A DNA stretch of 64,000 nucleotides from Moniliella sp. 'wahieum' (lineage: Eukaryota), in NCBI GenBank assembly GCA_003971905.1, contig RSEE01000041.1:372001-436000 (forward strand), read 5' to 3'. The position numbers and the translations under genes were made by a program. Below the pieces are notes generated by a model. That model was not told the DNA's origin. It ran no database searches and saw only the letters and a list, made by a program, of their open reading frames with translations. Each line of letters starts with the position of its first letter. Positions within the stretch are counted from its first letter, which is position 1. This document shows, in pieces, positions 23,406 to 36,175 of the stretch.

Positions 23406-24440
23406 GCGTGTCGAAACAAGAACAGACGGCAAAAGAAGGTAGGAGGGTGTTGTTCGTGCGGGTTCAGGTGTGGGGGAGACGCGGATTTTATACGGGGCCA
23501 CGGGATATCCTAAGATCGCCGTAGACCCGCGCCGGGCTCGAGTATAGCATTGGCGCAACGCCAACGCGTATTGCTCCATGACGTCAGTGCCGGCACTGCG
23601 CCACTGTGGGTGTGACTTGGCGTGAAACACCGGACTAAGCACAGCAGCTCAGCGGGCGGCCGCTTCATTGCCGCCTCCCACAACAGTTTGAGGGCACTGG
23701 TACGATGTGGAGCAACGGCTGTGGTATTTGATAGATTGAATATGGCCAGTTCAACGATGAACATTCTTCTTCTGTTCGTCCCGATCTAGATGGAAAGTCG
23801 CTTCAAGCTTCCAGCTTCAGCGCCAGCTGAAGCTACAATCTGGGTTCAGAACGATTATTCATCATCAGCGTGTGCCCATCGAGAATCGCTCATCGCAGCT
23901 CTCAGCAATAAACGTTAAACGTTAAACGGAGAAGCGCCATCGATTGGCTCCTTCAGATATAAAAACCCATTGCAACACACCGGGGCCCACAGAGAGTGTG
24001 CTGAGCCTGAGGAAGATAGATAACCAATAGGCGCTAGGTCCGGGCCTCTGGCAGTTTGGCATACACTCCCCAAGTGCGTATCAATAGCACCATCATCGAC
24101 ATCACTATAGGCCTCAAGATGTGTGTGCAGCGGGGGACGAGTGACGGACGTGATTCATTGGTGACTGTGGTGTATCCGCCGATAGATTCCCCGTGGCAAT
24201 ACCCAAGTTTTCGATCTTAGATCTGCGCTGCCCCTACGCCCTGCCAGATCTATACCTCCCAACAGTTGGCAACATGAGTGCACCTGAGAAATATTAATGG
24301 CAAAAAGAAACGTCACGCTGCGTGACGCGCGTAACTGGAAGTACAGGTGCATTGCAAAGCACGCCCAACGTTCAGCGCGTTCAGCGTTTTGTTCAGATGC
24401 CAGGTTTAACCGATCACCGGGACCAGCAATGGGAAGCTTA

Positions 24441-25816
24441 CTAGGCCAAAATTTGAGTGAGCAGCTTGACCAGTTGCTCGTTCTCCTCTTGAGTACCAAT
24501 GGTAATGCGTAGGCATCCAGGACATCCCAACTCCTTGGAGCGGTCCCGAACTACAACCGCGTGTTTCTCAGCCATGGTCTTGTACACCCTCCCCGCCCGC
24601 GCCGAGTCAGGTTGGGCGTTTGCTTCCGACCGAGGACGGTCCAAGACAGGGACAAGAATAAAATTGGCATCATTGCTCCCCTTGGCTTGCCCCAGAGCAG
24701 GAATTTGCTTCAACGCATCCAAAAGCCAAGCACGGTTCGCGATAAGCGTCGTCAGGTTCCTCCGCATTTCTCCAGCCCATCATCGCTCAGGGCCAGTGAG
24801 GCCAGACGCGCGGCAGGCACCGACACATTGTACGGCGCCTTGGTGTTGTTCATAATCTGGATCAGGGGGGAGGAAGCGTACGCTACCCCCATACTAAAAA
24901 CAAATACAAGCAGTCAGTATGTGAGCCATGACCTGTGAAGGAAGATGGACGTACCGCACACCCGCCAAGCCATATGCCTTGCTGAGCGTCTCGGTCACAA
25001 TCACATTGGCGTATTTGTTAACAAGGGGGCAGCTGACACTGGTGGCTCTGCAGCGCGCTTGCCTTCACGAATCTCTTGCTCGGCAAAGTCGATGTAGGCT
25101 TGGTCGACAACTACCAAGCCGTTCCAGCGGTCAAGTTGGCAATCGTCTCAATGGCCTTCATTGAAAGGAGCGTGCCGGTAGGGTTTCCCGGAGAGCAGAG
25201 AAACAGCCTTGATGCTCGGATCCTTTTCCAGGGCCGATAGGACGGCTTCTGTGTCGAGCGCAAACCGGCCATTCTCCCCGCCCTCACCCGCGCCGGGAGC
25301 GGGGTCGACAATCAAAGGCACCTTGACCACTTCAAGTTCGTTCACCGCCGCACACACCGCGTACATCCCATACGTGGGGGGGCAGATCAGAATCTTGTCT
25401 TTGCCCGGACGGCCGACGATGCGCTGGATCAGGTCCAGCACCTCGTCCGAGCCAACACCAAGCATGATGTTGTCCTCGCCCCCGACACCACGGAGAGCAG
25501 CAAGACGTTGCTTGACGCCAATAGCGACGGATCCGGGTATCGGTGCAGCGGCAAGCGGAGCAGATCCGCCTCCTCACTCTCAACCGTCCCTGGGGCACTA
25601 TTGGGAAGTGGTGCAGGAGGCCGTGGCCCATGCTGTTCTCGTTGGCGTCGAGCAGGACGCCCTCTTGGTAGTCGTCGCGAGCACAGCGGTAAGGTTGGAG
25701 GGCGAGGATGTTGGGGCGGATAAGGGCAGTGAGGTCGAAGTGGGCCGGCTTGAGCGTGGCCTGGAGCTGGGCGGCCTTTTCGGGGCTGATGCCGGGGATG
25801 GCGAGGGAGGACAGAT
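24441..25816 (-). CDS. HIS5: Histidinol-phosphate aminotransferase
   Basis: LIRPNILALQPYRCARDDY..GVLLDANENS; GVGSDEVLD; ILICPPTYGMYAVCA; LCSPGNPTG; TLSKAYGLAG; DANFILVP; GCLRITIG. Intron at ~24895-24954; start codon appears corrupted. Confidence 0.92.
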
Positions 25817-26229
25817 GGTGAGGTGCGGGGGGGGGCGGCGGAGGAGCAGGTGCAGGTGCAGGGCAGATCCACGGGCTAATAAAAAAGCCGCCGTCGGGGG
25901 GCTCGAGAGACGTGACTCGGACCGAAGCGGACAAGGACAGCCAGCGCCCCCCGGACATGGGCTTGTCCTCGGCCTGCCCTCGGAAGCACCTCCCCTTTTT
26001 TTCCGCGCCGCTGCTTGCAACTTTCAAGTCGGCTGCCACCTCCTTGAACGTTCAACCGCAAACGGGTGGTTCGCAGCGGGGCGTGCTTACGGCATCCAGT
26101 TCGACCTGGGCACTGCGCCAACCCGACGGCAGTTCTGCGTCGCTGGGCGCACGCCGCAGCCGGGCCTCTCCACCACCCCACCCCCACCTCCCCCTCCCGC
26201 CGGTCCCCGGTCGACGCTCGCTGCCCAGG

Positions 26230-27355
26230 ATGGAGATGCTTGCGTGCGTCAACGTCGACAACGGCTACCTCGAGGGTGTCGTGCGCGGCTACATGAACGG
26301 CCTCTTGACCGCCTCGCAGTTCCAAACCCTGACCCAGTGCGAGACGCTCGAGGACCTGCGTATGCAGCTCTCGGCCACCGACTATGGCAACTTCCTCGCC
26401 AATGAGCCCTCGCCCCTCACACAAGTGTCGTCCTCGACCGCGCGACCCGACGCATGGTCACGCAGTTCGAATACTTGCGCGAAAATGCCGTGTACCCTCT
26501 CAGCAAGTTCCTCGACTTTGTCACCTACGCCTACATGATCGACAATGTCATCCTCCTCATCACGGGCACGCTCCACGAACGTGACACGCACGAGCTGCTC
26601 GAGCGCTGCCATCCACTGGGCTGGTTCGATACGCTCCCCGCTCTCAGTGTCGCCAATACCGTCGATGAGCTGTACCAGACTGTGCTGGTGGAGACCCCGC
26701 TGGCTCCCTACTTCCGCGATTGCCTCTCGGCCGCCGACCTGGACGACCTTAACATTGAGATCATCCGCAACACTCTGTACAAGTCATACCTCGAGGACTT
26801 TACCAGTTCTCCCTCTCTCTTGGGGGCGTGACGACGCGAGGCGATGCAGGACCTGCTGGCCTTTGAGGCTGATCGCCGCGTCATCTCCATCACGGTCAAC
26901 AGTTTTGGCACCAGCCTGACCAAGGAGGAGCGCGCCCGCCTTTTCCCCTCGATCGGCAAGCTCTATCCCGCGGGCAAACAATGCCCTGGCCCGTGCAGAT
27001 GATGTGGAGCAGGTCAAGGCCGTGTGCGACATGGTCCCTGAGTACAAATCCTTCTTTGATGCTCCTCCTGGACAGGAGGAGGCCCAATTGGACCATCTAG
27101 AGGATAAGTTTGCCAAGGAAGAGGTGAGGATCAACAAGATTCTTACCATTCAGCAGTTTCAACTTCTCCATATTCTACGCCTGGGCCAAGCTGAAGGAGC
27201 AGGAATTCGCACCCTTGGCTGGATCGCGAGTGCATTGCTCAAGGCGCCCGAGGTTCGTACCTTACCCCCTTGTCATGCTGTTCGTGTGGCACGAATACTG
27301 AGCGCTGACACTGCATTCGTTCGCAGACCGTATTGGCGACTACATCAATGTGTGA
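26230..27355 (+). CDS. VMA6: V-type ATPase V0 subunit d
   Basis: [88 protein letters not shown]. Last intron at ~27253-27326; ends YINV*. Confidence 0.95.
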
Positions 27356-28710
27356 TCCCATCGCTGTCAGGTTGCCCTGTCCCATTGCCTCTCCGGACCA
27401 AAATCTTTCATCTTACAGCCGCAGCCGAATGGATTTCTACTATGTATGTTTCGCCTGCCTCTGCGCCAAGCGGATGTGCTTTACGACCAAATGAACATGG
27501 TCTGGTCTTCAACGTCCTCATGCAGCTAGCGCAGAGGCCCCTGCATGTAGCCCTGCGGGGGACGTGGACATCTACAGAGTGCGGAAAGGGGAAGAAAGCC
27601 CCAACCGAGACAGTTCTCCTGGTCACAGTCGTGGGAGCGGTCCGCCCATTTCCAACAAGGACAGTCGGTCCCCGGTTCAGGACCATAATGCTGTAATGCT
27701 GTGTCAACGCAACGCATCGGTTTCTGGTGTCGGCGAGGCCGTGGTGTTCATCAGTTGGCCTTGCAGTGCGTTTGGCTCAGCTGAGCACCAATCCTTCATC
27801 ATGAAACCACGTTAGACCCCGCATGGGCGACCTTTGGTGGACCATGCGTTTCCCCTCATGCTTTGCCAGTGGTATGGCTTTGGATCAAGTGTGCGTAGTT
27901 GCTACTGATTCAGTCCACTGTTCATGGCGTTTATGGTTGGATGGGCCAACACACAACCAACCACTTATCAATGACCCGAAGTTAGTAAGACCCCTTCGGC
28001 CTTATATTAGGAGAGCCTCCTATCAGTCTATGTTGCACCTTGACACCGCAGATCGGACATGTCAATCAGCTCCTTTCGACTGTAGTCTGTCGTGTCCGGT
28101 GCGCTATCAATGAAGGAGCTCGGAAGGTGTGACAAACGGTACGGCAATGGCTCAAAACTCAGCAGGCGGTAGGGTAACCAAGAACAAGAGGCAAGGGACA
28201 TGACATGATGGGCGGTAGTAGAACGGCACGCACACCAATACAACCAGAGATAAGCGTACAAGCACGAAAGATGGAGGACAAACGATCAAAGGTTCGCCAA
28301 GTTAAATTGGTGAGAACAAGGGAGAGAAACGGCAACTCTCGTGCGTCGCGGCGATGGGCTCCAGGACAGGAAACTAGATGCGGCCTAGAACAAAACAGAA
28401 ACAAGAGGCGACCGGAAGGAGGGACAACCGGTGGGAGGGGGGGGATTTCGAAAGGCTAACAAGACCCAAGCGCGTTTCTCGATCGGGGAGTGGGCAGGCC
28501 CAAAAAAAGTGGAGGCTGAGGCTTGACGTGAGTAGATCGAGATGGGCAGCAAATGCGGAGGAAGAAGGACGTGGGCTGTGGACGGCTAACGAGCCTGTAG
28601 GGGAGGGGGGGGGTCATAGTCCGTCCAGGAGAGGGGAAGGAGGATCAGAGAGGACAAGTACAAGACCAATGGTCACAGGAAAAATGCACCAAGAATCGCA
28701 ACGGCGGCGA

Positions 28711-29991
28711 TCAAAGTAGTGCCGTCTCTCGTAACGCATTCTGGGACGATTGTATCCTTGATGTCCATAAAAAATTGTTCAATGTCTTTGGTGTCGGTAG
28801 CTGCGTGAGGTGAGGGTAGATGGGAAGCTTGGCGCGGTTGAGCTGGGTGAAGCGCCACAGACGTACCGCGCCGCTTTTTGAACGTCGGGCCCGCCCGTGT
28901 ACTCGGGGAAGTATTTCTCCAGCGGCACGCGCTTGATCTTTTTCTGGAACACGTCCACCTTGTTCAGAAAGAGAATCACCGACGACCTGGCAAACCAGCG
29001 CGAGTTGACCACAGACTCAAACAGAACCAGGGATTCGTCCATGCGGTTCTGCTTCGGTTCCTCCACAGCACTTGGTCATACTCGGAGATAGCAACGCAAA
29101 AGATAATGGACGTGACCGCCTCAAAGCAATGGATCCATTTGAAGCGCTCCGACCGCTGGCCACCCACGTCAAAGAGGTGGATCACGAGATTGCCCATGGT
29201 AAATGTGGTCTCGGTGATCGCCGTGCTCTTCGAGCGGGCTCGCAAAACGTCATCGTTGGTGGGAAGATAGCCTGGGGCAGCAATACGTTTGGCATTCTCG
29301 AAAAAGTAGGGCCCACTGTCCATGAGATAGAACTGGTCGCTGTGAAGATCGAGAAGTGTGCGCGTGACAGGCGCATTCCATATTTGCTGTGCGTAGGCCC
29401 CACTTCGGGCGTGAGAGGGTTGGCATCGTCCTCCAACGGGGAGGTCTGGGACGAGAGGGGGGAGTGGGGGTTCCGAGGGAGGATTTTCGCACTCATCGGC
29501 ATTAGAGCCTGGTGCACTGGTGTCCGCGCCAGCGGGGTTGGAGACTTGATGGTGAAGTTGAGGACCTTCTGGATGGCGAGGCGGGAAGGGGTGTCTTCGG
29601 GCTGGAGCTCGAACTTGACCAAAGCCATGGCGATGGTCTGAGCTGACTCGAGGAGGTTCTTGGCAATGATGAGGCGGTAGTAAAGAAGCTCAGCGTGGTT
29701 AAAGCCGTCCTTGTGGATGATCTTCATTTGCTTGCTGATGGTGCTCTTGCCGCTCTCGCCGCTGCCGAGGAGGAGGAGCTTGAAGGACGGGGCTCCTTCT
29801 TGACCGCAGCTGGAACAGAGGCAGAGTTGGCGGTGGAGCCATTGGTGTGGGCGCCGTTGTTGGTGGATTGGAGGTGGGGGCGAGGGAGGAGGAAGCGTCG
29901 GCAGCCTTCATGGCGCGGCAGTGGGTTTAGTGGCAGACGGAGCCGGGGCAGACGCGGAGGCGTCGGGCGTGCTGCTGAAGCAGTTCCCCAT
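28711..29991 (-). CDS. Heterotrimeric G-protein alpha subunit, fungal group III (Gpa3/Gpa2-like, cAMP pathway)
   Basis: MGNC N-terminus (myristoylation/palmitoylation); [55 protein letters not shown]-terminus [12 protein letters not shown] after a frameshift. Confidence 0.9.
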
Positions 29992-30069
29992 GGTGTGGGC
30001 GGCAATGCATCCCCCTGTGGCAGGGATGAGTGTCTGGCGGGGGATGGGGGTGGTGGAGAGAGGGTTGGT

Positions 30070-30182
30070 GGAGAGATGGGGGGAGAGATGGGGTGGGGAG
30101 AGATGGGGTGGGGAGAGATGGGGTGGGGAGAGATGGGGTGGGGAGAGATGGGGTGGGGAGAGATGGGGGTGGGGAGAGATGG
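30070..30182. repeat. 15-bp tandem repeat (GAGAGATGGGGTGGG)~x6-7
   Basis: Visible directly, ~80-190 bp upstream of the G-alpha start codon. Confidence 0.9.
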
Positions 30183-31733
30183 AGGCGGATGGATGGGGAC
30201 GTGGATGCGCTGCGGCGGGGGGGGGCGAGGGGGCGAGATGTTCAAGTTGAACGTTCACGTTCCAATGCAAGTTGAATGTTTGCCGGTTGCACGTACCAGG
30301 TTGCAGGCGGCAGTTGAGACGATTAACGTTTATTTATCGTTTCACGCTCCCCGCAGCGGCAAGCGCACCTGCGAGAGAGCGGCGGGCGCCGTTCACGCTG
30401 CCGGTTCACGTTCCCCGGGCACCGAGCATCGCCCACACATCCAACATCGAACGCTCCAGCCATGCGAGCGAGGGGGCACAGGTGGGCACGCACTCAGTGC
30501 TCGATATTCAATAGACCCTCCGACCCCACTCAGTACTGAACTCGTACTCAGTGCCATCTTCCCCTATGATGCTGCATTCGCGGCCCCACATACTCTGCAA
30601 GTCTATCAGTGGCACTCACAAACGCTCCCGCTGCATGGCCCACTGGGTATATGGGCATAGCATTACTACGAACCCACCAGCAACCCGGTCGGTTCCGTCT
30701 GTGCCGGTCTGTGTGCTCCCCGCTGACGGTGTAGTGTCTGTCAGCAGGCTGTTTGTTATAAGCGAGTCATCATCCATTGCACCCCCATTCAACATGTCCC
30801 TCCGTTCGAGGTGAACATTTGATTCCCGCAAGACCAAAACAATGAAGCTAATCCAGATCTGACCGATTCCAAGATCTCCTGTCACTAGTCACTCTCATTG
30901 ATACGCGACAAGTGCATGTTTCTATTTCGCAGGTGGCACAGCGTGGAAAGTGTTGATTGGTCTCTACGACTCCTTCCTGCATCTCAGCTGCCTCAGGAGA
31001 CAGCTGTCAGTATCTTCGTCGTTCTGGTTCTACTTGAAGGCATCCTGGCCTGTATGGTAAACGGTAAACGTATAGCTGGACCTGGACCGATGGCTAAGCA
31101 CACTACAATAGGGTTAGACTCGACCTTGCGTTGTTGGTGCTCGAACCCCAACTACATGGCGTAGGATCATGACCGGAAGTGATGACGTTTTGAACGTTGA
31201 TGCCTGAGCCTGATTCAACTGAGTAGTAGTAGTGAGGACTGCAAATATACGTCAATGCTGCATAGGGAGTCCGTCGCGTTGCCCTACCTGCTTTTGTCCC
31301 CTCTGTTTCGCTTCTCGACATTCATACACTTTTCATATCACATACTCGCCACATAGTAATAGAAAAAAGTAGAAGGAAACTGGATACGGTCTTGTCGTTT
31401 TTACTAAAGAAACAGAGTAAAACATGAAACGCAGACATGAATAAACGCGAGAGAAAGATCAAGGATCTCGGGATCCGAACAGGGAGACTAATAGGGATAT
31501 ACAGCATCGCAACCCAACATCCGCAATCGTCAATGCGCTCCAGGCAAACCATAAGGCCTGTACTTCTCAATAGTCATGAGCGCAAACTCGCAGCGGGAGG
31601 GCAGTCGGATGAACAAGACCAGGAGGGGAAACTGTTCAGAAAAGTATCCCTCTCATACACGCAGAGGGGGAAGAGGGGGGAAGGAGGGGTACTAAAAGGG
31701 AAACAAGACGAGGTAATAGAAGGGAAACAAGAC

Positions 31734-33073
31734 TCAGATCACGGCCCCGACGCCCCTGGCAACGGTGGGCGGGGCGTGGACCGTGCGTTCATAGAGTGGA
31801 CACGGAAGGCGTAGGCGTAGGCAAAGAAGAAGAGGACCAGAGCGCTCGCTCAGCCCACGACGAGGCGTTCGTTCCTCAACAGGTGAGGGGGGGGCTACGT
31901 TCCGGCTCCACAGCGGGATCGGCTCTCTCCCCTTTGGCACCGCCGTCAACTTGGTGCTTGGACCTCGACCACCTGGTGCTGGATCCGAGGAGAGCGAAGG
32001 GCGAGGGACGGGGGTGAGCTGGGTATGGGTCCGTCAAGCCTGCTCCAAGGAATCAGCTTGGGGGGCGAGGAAACTCGGGGCCAAAGATGGAATGGGTGGG
32101 CGAGTGGGGCGGAAAGAGATCCGAACCACCGTGAAGCGAAGGCGAAATCGAGAGCGACGAAGGGGGCGACTTGGGAACCCAAAGTGCTTCCGCTCGTCTC
32201 CGATGTGCGTGCCCACCGTTTCTTCCCGAGGGGGGGTACCAATGGGAGCCAGAGGCACACCACCCTTCTGCTCGAAGTAGATCGAGGCAAGGTGATGGAA
32301 GAAGGGGGTGTAGCTGGTGGTCTGGGTAAATTGGGTCCAGACGAAGTGCCGTAACAGGAATCATACTGTGGTCCGAGGCGCCGGGGAACGGCGTCTGAGG
32401 GAGAGGCTCGGAGCGCCATCCCGTACCAGAGGAAGAGTGATGAAGAAGAGGGGCCGAACACGAGCGGATGAGCACCTGTGGCTCAGCATGGGTGTGGGCA
32501 AACGTGACGGACGGGAGGACGGGGGTGAGCCAAACTGGCTTTGTGGGCGTGAGGGACTTGGGGCCATAGGGAAATCCCGTCGAGAACGTGAACGGTGCGA
32601 GGACCGTGACCGCATTCGGGCATGATGTGAACGGGGCGGGAGGCTGATAGAAACAGGAATGTACGTCCTGGGGTGAGGGAGGGGAAGAAGGAACACGGTC
32701 AGTCGCTGGTCCACCCAGGGAGAACAGAAAATGGGCAAGGAGACATGCCTATTCAACCGGGTCATCGCAGAGTGGAGTTGGGTAGGGACGATGCCCTTGG
32801 AGGAGCAAAGGGACTGGGATGGGAATAGGCGTCCGCGGTTAATTAAGCCAGGATGCTCCACCGGTAGCGTTGGAAAGTGGAGGGAAGAAAGAGGTTCTGG
32901 TTCGGTGACGGGACGGGGCCGTCTCCGACTGCAGCACCAGGGAAACAGGTAGGTAGGTATACCACGGGGCCTTGGCGTCGGTAGAGTTTGGCGGAACGGG
33001 CATGGTATGGACTGATGGATATCGTCGTCAAGAGGAAGATCGGTATAATAGACAGGAAAAAAAGAATGGCCAC
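31734..33073 (-). CDS. Hypothetical S/P/R-rich protein with hydrophobic segment(s), fragmented
   Basis: Chain of overlapping minus-strand ORFs; hydrophobic stretch VAILFFLSIIPIFLLTTISI after an acceptor-like CTCTCAG. No recognisable domain. Confidence 0.3.
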
Positions 33074-34869
33074 TTGTGCCTAATACACCTGAGAGGAAGT
33101 ACAGTAACCCCAGGCCGGCCAGAGGCGAGGAGACGCTGAAAGGTACTAAGTGCGCGGGAATAGCGTGGTGCGGGTGTCGATGGAGGTTAGAGAAATCCGA
33201 GGCGAGAGGAGTGACGCGGTGACGCGGTGACGCGCGAGGCGTGACTGAGGTGATCTGTGCTTGGTGATGTGGCGGGGTGGTGGCTTAGCTAGGTGTGCGG
33301 TGTTGGTAGCGACGGCTGATGTGTCGAAAAGGTAGTACGCGCTGTGAGGACCGAGGATGGAGCGGGTCCTGGTTAAACTGTTTGGAATGGTAGATGCCCA
33401 CGGAGCTGGCGAATTGTGTTGTTTTGTGCCGGCGGGGGGCATGTGATGCCACCAGCGCGCGGGAGGATGAAAAAGTGGAGGTGAGGGGTTGCTACTGCCC
33501 AGCCTGAAGGTGCCTGGCCAAGGCCACGACGGGAGAGTACCACCAAGTAGGCAAGACAACCGAGGGAACGCACGCGGGGACAGAGCAGGTGGTTAGGGGG
33601 GGTGCGGAGCTCAGGAGCTCACACGATAAGCGTGTGGGTCGAACACTGTGCTACAAAAGGACGCTCGGATGCCCTGGTGAATAGCACTGCAGGGAGGGCG
33701 GCAAGGCGCGTGGCAGTCGAGGCCGAAGAGGAGCAGGTGTGGGCGGGGAGATGGCGGAGCGTGGGGAGGGTGGAGGGGGGGTGGGGGTGGATGGGAGTGG
33801 CGGTGAAGGAGGGGGAGGGACAGGGTTATAGTGATGGTGGCGCGGCCCAAACAACGCTCCGCAGCACTGCTGTGTGCTTTGAGATTGAGAGCTGAGCCTC
33901 AGCGCTGGGCTTTGAACCGAGAGGAAGGGTACACGTTTAGACGGGACGGAATAGGGGGACAGTGGTCATTTAATACGGTACTATTAGGCCCTATGCGCTA
34001 CGCTTTCTAAGAGCGGATGACGTCGATGACGCTGAGGAAGCGGCCACCTTGCCCCATCTCCCCAGCCCATCCAGCCAACACATCCGTGCAACGCATTCGC
34101 CTCCCGCACAGCATAGGTTTGCGATGCAATGCGCCATCCGGTCGGTGTGGCTTTGCGACAGAAGGGTCACCGGGCTGGACAATGCCGAGAAGACGATGGT
34201 TGCCGGGTATATAGGCAGCACAGCGTGCACCCATCTCCGATCGTGGATCTCCTGCCCTGCCCGGCTTGGCGTCTGGTGCCTGCGTACCGAAGCGTTAGCA
34301 AGGTGGTGACAGGCAGCATAGCATTGGGCGATAGAGGGGCAAGTCGATTCTAGTAGACGGGACAGGGCGCAGCGTTGTGCGCAGCACAGCACTGGCGCGG
34401 GTGCCTAGTCTGGTGACGCGAGTGACGACAGTGGCCAGCTGCCAGTGACTGAGTAGTGAGACTGCCGTGTTGCGTTGCCCTGTGGGCCGCCGTTTTGCCA
34501 CCCGAATTGCCCCAGCGCCGCATCCCCGGCGTAGGCATCGCCTACCATGCTCCCATCCGCTGGCCCGTCCCTCTCGCCATCGAGCACCATCGACCTTCTC
34601 CGGTCGGCCAGCGGGGCAACTGCAATATAGCCAGCGTTCACACCGCCACCGGCCTCAGGCTCAGGAGCTTAGCAACTGGCCCACGGCCTCTGGCCTTACG
34701 GTTACCAGCTACCGGTTACCCTCACAGAGGCGTCACGTATGTTACACCGTCGCGTACGTACTGTCGCATCTCATTTAATTTGTATCCACGTACAAAATGT
34801 CAGTCCCACGGTGGCCAATAGTAAAGAGGAGAGGAAGTGCTATCGGATGACATTCTTAGTGCCTTGGCA

Positions 34870-35415
34870 GCCCTCCGCTTGCTTCTGTTGGAGGGTAGTG
34901 CTGGGTTCCCTTGCACGGCCCTCGGGGGATCGCGGAAAGAGTTCGCTCGCAGGGCGCGCGAGCCCTGCTCGCTTCATTTCCTTCTCTCTTGACGCTCACT
35001 TAACAGGGCGGAAGAGTCCGCTCGCAGGGCGCGGCGCCCTGCTCGCTTCATCTCCCTTCTCTCTCTCCTATCCTTCCCTTCAAGCTTCAACTCAGATGTT
35101 ACCTGAAGACTTGTGGCTCACCCCTTTGCCTCCATGCCTGTCTGAAGCCTCCGCTTGCTTCTGTAGGAGGGGAGTGATGAGGTTCCCTTGCACGGCCCTC
35201 TCGGTGGATCGGTGACGCTCACTTAACCGGGCGGAAGAGTTTCGCTCGCAGGGCGCGCGCGCCCTGCTCGCTTATGCCCCTTCTCTCTCTGTCTCCTTCC
35301 TTCGATTCAGATGTTGCCTGAAGACTTGTGGCTCACCTCTTTTGCCTTCACGCCTATCTGAAGGCTGCTTGCCATCATCCATAGGATCGCGAGTGCTCCC
35401 AAGTCGCACTCTATC
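34870..35415 (+). repeat. Tandem cluster of the dispersed repeat (2 units plus an internal ~75-bp duplication)
   Basis: Unit start GCCTCCGCTTGCTTCTGT recurs at ~34870 and ~35147; the GCAGGGCGC..GCCCTGC hairpin occurs three times. Confidence 0.88.
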
Positions 35416-35968
35416 CTTCCATCTGCCCAGTCGCGCGAGCCTTCCATCAGCCGCGTCGGTTCTCGTACCACAGCGTGTCGCGTGGGTTCCTTTCACAGCC
35501 ACTGCCATGCCTCAGGCCTGGAAGTGTCTGTCCGTTCCACTGCATCTACCCGTCGCTCAGCCCGGAGGCTTCAGACACGTTACTACCCTCCAGCCGGCGT
35601 ATACGCAGCCTTGCCACGCACGCAGGCCGCCCTCTGGACCATCGATCATCCTTGCTCATCCTTCCACCAATTCCCTTTGCCCACCCCCCTCTTCTTGTCC
35701 TCCCCCCCTCTACTTGTCCTTCCCCCTGCACCTTATTTTTGTCGCAAAGACCCAGTTGCTTTCCACATCTCTCCTCCTTGCTCCACAGCTCCGCGGCGGC
35801 CTTGTGGCCAGGCCGACGGCAGTGGGGGCACAACCGTGGGCGTGGATTGAGGGGGCACTTGAAGCAGTGTGGTCGATGGTGCCGCAATGGGGGCACCGGC
35901 GGTGAGTACGGGTAGGGGGCATTTTAAGGGAGTGGAGGGACGCGTCGACGCGACTCTGTCATATGCCC

Positions 35969-36175
35969 GATTATTGGCGAGCCAGCCCCACCCAGCCAGC
36001 AGTAGGGTTGGGATCGGGAGCAGTAGGGTTGTTGGCAGATTCTGATGGGTACTCCGATATGGAACTAAAGGATTATTGGCGAGCCAGCCCCACCCAGCCA
36101 GCAGTAGGGTTGGGATCGGGAGCAGTAGGGCTGTTGGCAGATTCTGATGGGTACTCCGATATGGAACTAAAGGAT
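35969..36175. repeat. 102-bp direct tandem duplication (x2)
   Basis: GATTATTGGCGAGCC...GGAACTAAAG at 35969 and 36071, with one T/C difference. Confidence 0.95.

Noticed and set aside
30070..36175. Tandem repeats as a CRISPR array
   Set aside because: Eukaryotic context, no unique spacers, no cas genes.
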